Part shown: positions 13,407-23,434 of the stretch, in pieces
How the letters are laid out: the number at the start of each line of letters is the position of its first letter
Position numbering within the stretch: the stretch's first letter is position 1
NCBI GenBank assembly: GCA_964016885.1
Contig: OZ024741.1
Coordinates: 262,012,001 to 262,076,000 of the forward strand
Source: Eledone cirrhosa
Taxonomy: Eukaryota
Direction: 5' to 3'
DNA length: 64,000 bases
Program-made: the position numbers and the translations under genes
Notes under the pieces: generated by a model
Seen by the model: only the letters and a program-made list of their open reading frames with translations
What the model was told of the DNA's origin: nothing
The model's database searches: none

Positions 13407-14636
13407 TTAATTAGGTTTATAATATTTAAATGTTTTTTTTAGTTTATGATTACACGATATAATTAATTCCTGTCGTTTATTTAATAGGATATCCTTAGAT
13501 TTCATTATTTCAAATAGTTCTTGGGAACATAATCTACATTCATTTCTATTATTTTGATAAGGGGTGGCTCTTTTGAGCACACTCCAGGTCAAATCATATT
13601 CTATATTCTTATTTTTATAACTATTGATTTTTTCTGCTAGAGATGTTGTATTAGCCAGTGCGGCATTTTTAAAACTATTTAGAGGTAGCTCCTATATATG
13701 AGCAAATAGAATCTTTAGTTTTAACATTACATTTATAGACTATGTTGTTAACAAGACAATTCCCTTTTAATGGGCAGTTTGCTTTGTTTCTACAGTTACA
13801 ACCTTTCGTTAATTCTGTATTTGAGGAGATATTATGGTTAATTTGATGTACTGGTGGTATACTTATGGTTTTCTTACATTTATATGCATTATAGGCACTT
13901 ATATTTTGTTTTATGTTATTTGTTGTAGAGTATGAGAATTTAACTGTAGACCTATTTAAGATTTGATGGTATTTGTGGTTTGGCGGGAAGTTTTTCTCTA
14001 GGATATAAAAAATTTTTTAGCAATATTATCCTTAATTTGTAAATTAAATGGAGCATTATACCAGGTAACCCGTCTATTACGGTTTCTATGTTGTTTATTA
14101 TTTTTATTATTTTTATAGGTTGTATCGTGATGTTTACTAGGAGGATTAATGTTAATGATCTCACCACAACTATTTTTAGTTATATTTGTAGATTTAGGTG
14201 TTTTATCCTTTTTATTAGGAGTTTTATTATTAATATTTATTAGAGTTGTATGATGAGTAGTTTTTTGAGAGTTACTATATTTTATATTAGAAGATTTGGT
14301 ATTTTGGGGTATAGTGTGGGTGGCATTTAGGTGTGTACTTTTCATTTGGTGTTTGTTGGTAATATTAGGTTGTATGCTTTTAGTATTTTTAGTAGAAGGT
14401 ATATATTCTAATCTATTTTTGTGGCCACTTCTATCTAGAGCTTCGTTATAGAAGGTCGCATTTTTATCAAATACATCTTGGTTAGAAGAAAGGTTAGAAA
14501 TTCTAAGTGATATATTATATGCAAGGTTTTTAAGGATAGATTTAGGGTGATTAGATTGTGAGTGTATGTAATGTAAGTTTTGGTTTGGTTTATGGTAAGG
14601 TTCGTAGATACCCGTAGCTAAATCTAAAGTTATATC
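13407..14636 (-). pseudogene. 5'-truncated, frameshifted copy of the PLE ORF (C-terminal half)
   Basis: Matches copy 1 positions ~116-1378. Has a 32-bp deletion at 13678/13679 in the endonuclease region, a 1-bp loss in the A/T run near 14010 and a few substitutions. Stops at the inversion junction. Confidence 0.92.
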
Positions 14637-14999
14637 TATGTATATGTATATAAATCTAAAGTTATATCATATGTATATGTATATATGTATGTGTATATAT
14701 ATGTATATATATATATGTATATGTATCTCTATTTGTATATGTATATGTGTATAGGTATATACCTTTTTCTTTGTATGTCTGAGTTGTGTGAGAGTGTAGT
14801 GGTGTTTGTATGTATATACCGATATATGGATGCGTAAGTATTTGTGTGTATGTATGTATGTATGTCTGTATGTATTTGTGTGTATATATAGGTATGTATG
14901 TGTATATCTGTATGTATATAAGTATGTATGTGTATGTATATGTGCGTGTATGTGTGTATATATATGTGTGTCTATATAGTATGTGTGATTATATGTGTA

Positions 15000-15068
<69 letters not shown>

Positions 15069-15168
15069 GTATGTGTGTATATGTGTGTATGTGTGTATAT
15101 GTATATGTTTATATATGTGTGTGTATGTATGTTCTAAGTGTGGATGTGTGTATATGTATGTGTGTGTT

Positions 15169-15201
<33 letters not shown>

Positions 15202-15841
15202 GTATGTATGTGTATATATATATATATATATTTTCTTGATATATTTCTTTTTTCTTTTCTTTTTCTTTTCTTTCCTTTTAATTTTTATTTTTTATTTTCT
15301 TAGTTTATAGATACATCTATAATAAGCAGTCTGCCCAAACCGTTGAATACTGACCTCTCCCCCCCCTCCCACCTAATTTCTGTATCTTGATCTAAATGTG
15401 TGTGGCAGTGTTTATGTGAGTGAATTAATATCCATGTGCTTATGATATCCACATATATATATATGTGAGTGGGGGTGTGTGTGTGTTTGTATGTTCGTAA
15501 TTATGTTATGTTTATGCATATACGCGCGCGTGTGTGTGATTGTACGGATATGTGTGAGTATGAGAATATGTGTATACACTTATTTCATATTTATGTGTCT
15601 ATACGCATCTTATCTGTGCATTATAAACTTACAGAGACATTAACCTTGAAATTTTGTATTTGCATCCATCCTTTTGGTATGCGTATACATGTTGAGCATA
15701 CATTTTTGTAAAATATGTGTAAGGGTAGTTACATGTATATACACACACCGAACGGCATAAAACCTTTTGTATTTTTATTGGTCAATTTTGTTCCCAAACG
15801 GACCTGAAATTTTGAATTGTTGTTATTATCAATAAATATAT

Positions 15842-15995
15842 TTCATTATTTCTGAAGACGGCGTATATATGTGTTGGTATGTATATTTAATCTTGATAGT
15901 TTGTATAATTCTGTATAATTTTGTACATAGATCTGTTGAATATGCATACCAATTCTAACACATATATATCCTAGAAACGATCGTTAAATAATGAA
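15842..15995 (+). ncRNA. Type I hammerhead ribozyme with long stem II (5' pLTR)
   Basis: Stem I TTCATTATTT/AAATAATGAA (10 perfect bp), core CTGAAGA...GAAA, palindromic stem III ACGATCGT, GUU cleavage triplet (cut after 15985), ~115-nt stem II insert with TATATATGTGTT/AACACATATATA and GGTATGTATATT/AATATGCATACC pairings. Confidence 0.82.
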
Positions 15996-16345
15996 CTTTT
16001 TTTGTTTAATATAAGGAACTGTTTCATTGTTTTATTCATTATTTGTTTAATATTTTATCTTGACTCTGTATACCGTTTATCTTTCACCGAAAGTGATTTT
16101 TTATTACATCTCTTCTTTCCATGATATCCGGAATACATTGAGTTCTTCATACGGATTGGACACTACCGTAAACTCTTGGTAGATTTATCTACATAATTTT
16201 GCTCCTATTTTCACGGAAATATTCGTATTTTTGTACTGTATGTGTGTATTAATTTTATATTTGTGTATATACATATATATGTATGATTTTATAAACCCAT
16301 ATACATTTAGTTGAGCTCTTTCAATTGTCCATCATCCATATCACA

Positions 16346-18787
16346 ATGGAAAAACAATATTTGGGAACCTCTTTAAAAAACATACCAATACCTTCTAAGG
16401 ATGACTTCTTACTCCTTATGATTCAAAAAACTAATAATTTTATCAGAAGGGTTAGATGGAGAGCCTACCACTTCGATAAAAAATCTAAACAAGCAGATCG
16501 GAAATATATGTATGATTTCAATACTTACAAGAATCCACCACACAACTTTTTACTTGAAGACTTCGAGAAAGACCTTTTTAATTTAATTAAACACCTCAAA
16601 TTTAAAAAGTATAAATCCGTCTTTCAAAAGGACCTTGATTCTACCCTATTGGACCTAAAAAAGTCTAAAAAAATCCATGTCCACTCGGACAAAACTGGTA
16701 ACTTGTATCATATGGATATTGAACATTATAATGAGTTCATATATAAAGAACTCAGAAAAAATTATAAAAAATCTAATAATGCGTCACTCACCAACATCAA
16801 CAACAAAACACACAACATAGTAAAAAAACTAAACATTGAAGATAGAACTGAACCTTTGGCATTGAAAAGACCACACTTCAACCTGAAGGATCATAAATCA
16901 AACTTTAACTCAAATCCTTCTATTAGACTTATATGTCCCTCCAAATCAGATATTGGAATAATTAGCAAAAAAATTCTGGATAGAGTCATCCCACAAATAA
17001 GAAAACACGTTATTTTACCACTCTGGGAAAACACCTCCCAGGTAATTAACTGGTTTAAAAATATTAGATGTAAATCTTCTGCTTCATTTCTACAATTTCA
17101 TATAGATAATTACTACTCTTCTATATCACCTATACTCCTGAACAAAGCATTGATATTTGCTAAAAATAGATCTAACTTAACTTTGGATGACATTAATATT
17201 ATTACACATGCTAGACTAACACTTATTGAATTTCAGAATGAATACTGGACCAGAAACACATATAGTAATCTATTTGATATTACTATGGGTTCAAGCGATT
17301 CCGCCCAAATTACTGATCTTGTGGGCCTCTTTCTCCTTTTCAACATAAATGCCTCCTTTCCCCACCTCAAAGGTGGTTTATATCGTGATGACTGTCTTCT
17401 TCTTTCTAACAACCTTAGCCTTTCAGAAATTGAAAAAAACAAAAAACATATTAGAACTTTCCTTAAAGACTATTATAATCTTCATATTACTTTTGAAAAA
17501 ACAAGTAAAGTAGTAAATTTCCTAGATATAACTTTAGATTTAGCTACGGGTATCTACCAACCTTACCATAAACCAAACCAAAACTTACATTACATACACT
17601 CACAATCTAATCACCCTAAATCTATCCTTAAAAACCTTGCATATAATATATCACTTAGAATTTCTAACCTTTCTTCTAACCAAGATGTATTTGATAAAAA
17701 TGCGACCTTCTATAACGAAGCTCTAGATAGAAGTGGCCACAAAAATAGATTAGAATATATACCTTCTACTAAAAATACTAAAAGCATACAACCTAATATT
17801 ACCAACAAACACCAAATGAAAAGTACACACCTAAATGCCACCCACACTATACCCCAAAATACCAAATCTTCTAATATAAAATATAGTAACTCTCAAAAAA
17901 CTACTCATCATACAACTCTAATAAATATTAATAATAAAACTCCTAATAAAAAGGATAAAACACCTAAATCTACAAATATAACTAAAAATAGTTGTGGTGA
18001 GATCATTAACATTAATCCTCCTAGTAAACATCACGATACAACCTATAAAAATAATAAAAATAATAAACAACATAGAAACCGTAATAGACGGGTTACCTGG
18101 TATAATGCTCCATTTAATTTACAAATTAAGGATAATATTGCTAAAAAATTTTTTTATATCCTAGAGAAAAACTTCCCGCCAAACCACAAATACCATCAGA
18201 TCTTAAATAGGTCTACAGTTAAATTCTCATACTCTACAACAAATAACATAAAACAAAATATAAGTGCCTATAATGCATATAAATGTAAGAAAACCATAAG
18301 TATACCACCAGTACATCAAATTAACCATAATATCTCCTCAAATACAGAATTAACGAAAGGTTGTAACTGTAGAAACAAAGCAAACTGCCCATTAAAAGGG
18401 AATTGTCTTGTTAACAACATAGTCTATAAATGTAATGTTAAAACTAAAGATTCTATTTGCTCATATATAGGAGCTACCTCTAACAATTTTAAGACAAGGT
18501 TTAATACCCACAAGCATAGTTTTAAAAATGCCGCACTGGCTAATACAACATCTCTAGCAGAAAAAATCAATAGTTATAAAAATAAGAATATAGAATATGA
18601 TTTGACCTGGAGTGTGCTCAAAAGAGCCACCCCTTATCAAAATAATAGAAATGAATGTAGATTATGTTCCCAAGAACTATTTGAAATAATGAAATCTAAG
18701 GATATCCTATTAAATAAACGACAGGAATTAATTATATCGTGTAATCATAAACTAAAAAAAACATTTAAATATTATAAACCTAATTAA
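16346..18787 (+). CDS. Penelope-like element RT + GIY-YIG endonuclease, copy 3 (inverted arm)
   Basis: Same translation as copy 2. YRDD at 17381-17392, ATG at 16346, TAA stop. Confidence 0.93.
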   Translation: MEKQYLGTSLKNIPIPSKDDFLLLMIQKTNNFIRRVRWRAYHFDKKSKQADRKYMYDFNTYKNPPHNFLLEDFEKDLFNLIKHLKFKKYKSVFQKDLDSTLLDLKKSKKIHVHSDKTGNLYHMDIEHYNEFIYKELRKNYKKSNNASLTNINNKTHNIVKKLNIEDRTEPLALKRPHFNLKDHKSNFNSNPSIRLICPSKSDIGIISKKILDRVIPQIRKHVILPLWENTSQVINWFKNIRCKSSASFLQFHIDNYYSSISPILLNKALIFAKNRSNLTLDDINIITHARLTLIEFQNEYWTRNTYSNLFDITMGSSDSAQITDLVGLFLLFNINASFPHLKGGLYRDDCLLLSNNLSLSEIEKNKKHIRTFLKDYYNLHITFEKTSKVVNFLDITLDLATGIYQPYHKPNQNLHYIHSQSNHPKSILKNLAYNISLRISNLSSNQDVFDKNATFYNEALDRSGHKNRLEYIPSTKNTKSIQPNITNKHQMKSTHLNATHTIPQNTKSSNIKYSNSQKTTHHTTLININNKTPNKKDKTPKSTNITKNSCGEIININPPSKHHDTTYKNNKNNKQHRNRNRRVTWYNAPFNLQIKDNIAKKFFYILEKNFPPNHKYHQILNRSTVKFSYSTTNNIKQNISAYNAYKCKKTISIPPVHQINHNISSNTELTKGCNCRNKANCPLKGNCLVNNIVYKCNVKTKDSICSYIGATSNNFKTRFNTHKHSFKNAALANTTSLAEKINSYKNKNIEYDLTWSVLKRATPYQNNRNECRLCSQELFEIMKSKDILLNKRQELIISCNHKLKKTFKYYKPN

Positions 18788-19274
18788 TAACATTATTTTA
18801 GAAATTAATTTAATTTAAATGTTAGTTAACCTATAAATTTAATTTAATTAAAATTCTATTACAGATGAGAATATAAAATATTGTGTAATCATAAATTGTG
18901 AAAAACCTTTAAATATTACTAATATATACTTAGTAATTTAATTTATAGATTAATTTTAATTTATTTAAACCTTTTATTAAAATTCCTTTACAGATAAAAT
19001 ATAACAAAATATCGTGTATCCAATGACAGAGAAATAATTTTTAGTATTATAGACCTAATTAATATACATTTTAGAAATATATTTATAATTTGGTTTTAAA
19101 TTTAGTCAACCTAAAATTTAATTTAATTGGCTTAAAATTAGTATCCTTATACAGACGGATTGCAGAATGTCATGTAATCATAGAATGGGATGTGTTTTGG
19201 ATGTATACCTAGTTAATATATTCTTTGCAATTTTTGAAAAAATATGTATATGTATGTATGTATATGTATGTGTA

Positions 19275-19323
<49 letters not shown>

Positions 19324-19730
19324 GTATATATATGTATGTGTATGTATATGTATATGTATATGTATTAATTTTGATTTCTATTTGCATATAATTATATTCT
19401 GCTATTGATAAAATACAATATCTGTTTTATTTATTATATACCTAATTAACATATACTATAGAAATTAATATATAATTTTTAATTTAGTTAACCTATAATT
19501 TATATTCTACTACCGATGTAATACTTTATTTGTTTTTTTCCCTATTACTAAATTCATTTCCTAATATTGATACCATAACGTTATTAACTTTAATTTAGTT
19601 ATACTATAATTAATACTCTACTACTATTTAACTTCAAAATTCTGCTTCAAATATTATAAACCTAACTAATTTACACCTTAGAAATCAATATGTTAACTAT
19701 CTTTAGTTTAGTTAACATATAATTAATGGT
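18734..19730 (+). repeat. Degenerate ~130-160-bp repeats overlapping the PLE stop codon and 3' UTR
   Basis: ATATCGTGTAATCATAAA-like starts at 18734, 18878, 19009 and 19167; ACCTAATTAA..TAGAAAT..TTAGTTAACCT-like motifs at ~18778, 19053, 19440 and 19660. Confidence 0.75.
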
Positions 19731-19989
19731 ATACTTATTTATTTTGAAATGCATAAATTTTGCCTTATTTCTTGTATTTCCTAACACTGAAACTATGTAA
19801 AAACATACATTGGATCCAGATACAGATAATATTCTATGTTTCTTGAAACATATATTTACTATAATCCCCTTCTCCAACCCCCCCCCCCTTTCCCCCATAC
19901 TATTATCATCTGTGTTTGTAAGCGTGTATGTATGAAAGAATATATATGTAGGTAGGTGTATATATGTTTGGGTATTTATATCTGAATAT

Positions 19990-20160
19990 AAAAATACATA
20001 TATGCGCATGCAAATAAGAATGTAAGATTGTGTGTATATATATGTGTGTATGTATATATATATGTGTATATATGCATATGTATATATATGTGTATGTGTA
20101 TGTGTGTATGTATATATATATGTATATGTGTATATGCGCGTGGGCGTGTATGTGTGTATG

Positions 20161-20205
<45 letters not shown>

Positions 20206-20444
20206 ATGTATGTATGTATATATGTGTGTGTATATATATGTATGTCTCTCTATTTATATGTCTATCTTCGTATCTATGTGGGTATATGTGTGTATGTGCA
20301 TGTATGCACATGTATGTGTTTACGAGTATATGTGTGTATGTGTATATATGTACGTATGCGCACATATATATGTGAGTGTGTGTGTGTGTGTGTGTATATG
20401 TATATATATATGTATATCTATGTGTGTATATATGTCTATATTCG

Positions 20445-20487
<43 letters not shown>

Positions 20488-20696
20488 TATTATTATAATA
20501 TAACTTATGTGTATGTGTGTATATGTGAGGGTGTGTATATGTATATATATGTGTATATATGTGTGTAAAAAAATATATATGTGTATGTCTGTTTTTTGTG
20601 TGTGTGTATATATATGTATGTGTATATATATGTGTATGTGTGTATTTGTATGTGTGTTTATGGTTGTATGTGTGTGTGGGTGTATATATATAAATG

Positions 20697-20727
<31 letters not shown>

Positions 20728-21060
20728 GTGTATATATATCTCTATTAATGTGTGTATATATGTATATGTATATGCCTTTTTCTTTGTATGTCTGAGTTGT
20801 GTGAGGGTGTAGTGGTGTTTGTATGTATATACGCATATATGGATGCGTATGTATTTGTATATATGAGTATATGTAAGTGCGTATGTATGTATGAATATAT
20901 ATCTAATTCTATGTATGAGTATATATGTGTGTGTATGTATGTTGTGTATGTATGTATGTATGTGTCTATGTGTGTATATATATATGTATATATATGTGTA
21001 TATGTATGTATGTATGTCTATGTATGTACATATATGTTTATGTATGTGTGTATGTATATG

Positions 21061-21091
<31 letters not shown>

Positions 21092-21635
21092 CTTTATTTT
21101 TTATATATATGTGTGTGTGTGTATGTGTGTGTGTGTATATATATCTTTATATATGTGTATGTGTATGTTCGTGTAGGTGTATGTGTGTGTATGACTATAT
21201 ATGTATGTGTGTATGTGTGTATGTATGTATATGTATGTGTGTGTACATGTATGTATGTGTATGTATGTATGTGTGTGTATATGTGTATGTATATATATAT
21301 ATATATATGTATATGTATATATGTATGTGTATATATATGTATATATATATATGTATATGTATCTCTATTTGTATATGTATATGTGTATAGGTATATACCT
21401 TTTTCTTTGTATGTCTGAGTTGTGTGAGAGTGTAGTGGTGTTTGTATGTATATACCGATATATGGATGCGTAAGTATTTGTGTGTATGTATGTATGTATG
21501 TCTGTATGTATTTGTGTGTATATATAGGTATGTATGTGTATATCTGTATGTATATAAGTATGTATGTGTATGTATATGTGCGTGTATGTGTGTATATATA
21601 TGTGTGTCTATATAGTATGTGTGATTATATGTGTA

Positions 21636-21692
<57 letters not shown>

Positions 21693-21792
21693 GTATGTGT
21701 GTATATGTGTGTATGTGTGTATATGTATATGTTTATATATGTGTGTGTATGTATGTTCTAAGTGTGGATGTGTGTATATGTATGTGTGTGTT

Positions 21793-21827
<35 letters not shown>

Positions 21828-21832
21828 GTATG

Positions 21833-21860
<28 letters not shown>
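19990..21860. repeat. Mosaic (TA)n/(TG)n/(TATG)n microsatellite in the PLE 3' UTR
   Basis: Inverted copy of 3660-5600. Confidence 0.95.
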
Positions 21861-21863
<3 letters not shown>

Positions 21864-22472
21864 TTTCTTGATATATTTCTTTTTTCTTTTCTTTTTCTTT
21901 TCTTTCCTTTTAATTTTTATTTTTTATTTTCTTAGTTTATAGATACATCTATAATAAGCAGTCTGCCCAAACCGTTGAATACTGACCTCTCCCCCCTCCC
22001 ACCTAATTTCTGTATCTTGATCTAAATGTGTGTGGCAGTGTTTATGTGAGTGAATTAATATCCATGTGCTTATGATATCCACATATATATATATGTGAGT
22101 GGGGGTGTGTGTGTGTTTGTATGTTCGTAATTATGTGTATGTTTATGCATATACGCGCGCGTGTGTGTGATTGTACGGATATGTGTGAGTATGAGAATAT
22201 GTGTATACACTTATTTCATATTTATGTGTCTATACGCATCTTATCTGTGCATTATAAACTTACAGAGACATTAACCTTGAAATTTTGTATTTGCATCCAT
22301 CCTTTTGGTATGCGTATACATGTTGAGCATACATTTTTGTAAAATATGTGTAAGGGTAGTTACATGTATATACACACACCGAACGGCATAAAACCTTTTG
22401 TATTTTCATTGGTCAATTTTGTTCCCAAACGGACCTGAAATTTTGAATTGTTGTTATTATCAATAAATATAT

Positions 22473-22626
22473 TTCATTATTTCTGAAGACGGCGTATATA
22501 TGTGTTGGTATGTATATTTAATCTTGATAGTTTGTATAATTCTGTATAATTTTGTACATAGATCTGTTGAATATGCATACCAATTCTAACACATATATAT
22601 CCTAGAAACGATCGTTAAATAATGAA
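22473..22626 (+). ncRNA. Type I hammerhead ribozyme with long stem II (3' pLTR)
   Basis: Same sequence as 15842-15995; the element ends 73 nt after the predicted cut site (22616). Confidence 0.82.
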
Positions 22627-22711
22627 CTTTTTTTGTTTAATATAAGGAACTGTTTCATTGTTTTATTCATTATTTGTTTAATATTTTATATATATATATA
22701 TATGTATATGC

Positions 22712-23142
22712 ATGCTACTGTACGTCTGTATACATATATGTATGTACGTATACATACATACTTACATTTAAGTAAGTGCCGTACTAAGAGTGAGAAATGA
22801 AATTTCGTTTTCATTTTATTACAACTCATCGTTCTCGGTGCGCCTGACCGATTTAACTCACTCGATATGCAAATTAGGCTGCTCAGCCGTTAATTTTCAT
22901 AAGGAAAGTATATACTTTCGAACGTTCAACTATCTGGCACATGGGTATACGGTGCTGATGATAGCTAACAAGCTTGAAACTAGTACATCGTTCCTGTGTC
23001 AGTGTTGAACAAAAAGGTGACGTGGTTGCCTTAACACCGTGCGGCATAAATTCAGGCTGTTCAGTTTGTTTACAAACGAACAAAGCGGGCGCTATAATAA
23101 GCGTCCGCTAAACTGATGCGTACATATATATATGTGTACCTG

Positions 23143-23211
<69 letters not shown>

Positions 23212-23320
23212 TACTGTACGTCTGTATACATATATGTATGTACGTATACATACATACTTACATTTAAGTAAGTGCCGTACTAAGAGTGAGAAATGAAATT
23301 TCGTTTTCATTTTATTACAA

Positions 23321-23323
<3 letters not shown>
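22712..23323 (+). mobile_element. Small non-coding hammerhead element (retrozyme-like / non-autonomous PLE), 496-bp period
   Basis: 116-bp direct repeats at 22712-22827 and 23208-23323, an internal hammerhead, several hairpins, (TA)n on both sides, no credible ORF. Confidence 0.7.
22924..23010 (+). ncRNA. Minimal type I hammerhead ribozyme
   Basis: ACGGTG-CTGATGA-TAGCT(AACA)AGCTT-GAAA-CTAG-TA-CATCGT. Palindromic stem III ACTAGT, GUA triplet (cut after 22985). Stem I extends via CTGGCACA/TGTGTCAG and GTTCAAC/GTTGAAC. Confidence 0.88.
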
Positions 23324-23371
<48 letters not shown>

Positions 23372-23392
23372 TATATATTATAACTAGACCTG

Positions 23393-23429
<37 letters not shown>

Positions 23430-23434
<5 letters not shown>

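Larger units (their letters stand above)
1..14636 (-). mobile_element. Head-to-tail tandem array of ~6.65-kb PLE units, running off the left edge of the window
   Basis: ORF ends at 116, 6770 and 13407 (periods 6654 and 6637). UTRs and microsatellite mosaics repeat almost exactly, differing mainly in (TA)n run length. Confidence 0.93.
14669..22689 (+). mobile_element. Full PLE unit flanked by pseudo-LTR-like direct repeats (14669-16058 and ~21305-22689)
   Basis: The ~1.4-kb segment before the 5' leader is repeated after the 3' UTR (hammerhead period 6631). Homology ends at ...aatattttat (22689) and runs into (TA)n. Partial tandem repeats are the established PLE pLTR structure. Confidence 0.9.

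Noticed and set aside
16346-18787. Selenoprotein-type Naiad (in-frame UGA plus SECIS)
   Set aside because: The ORF has no in-frame TGA and ends in TAA, so recoding is not needed; I saw no convincing SECIS.
22680-22712. Target-site duplication for the PLE array
   Set aside because: The other end of the array is outside the window and the flank is (TA)n, so it cannot be assessed.
22868-22875. Octamer motif ATGCAAAT in the retrozyme-like element
   Set aside because: A single 8-mer with no recognisable PSE or other snRNA-type promoter context.
23015-23060. Twister/pistol-like look of GCCTTAACACCG..ATAAA downstream of the hammerhead
   Set aside because: The required pseudoknot pairings and conserved core could not be built.
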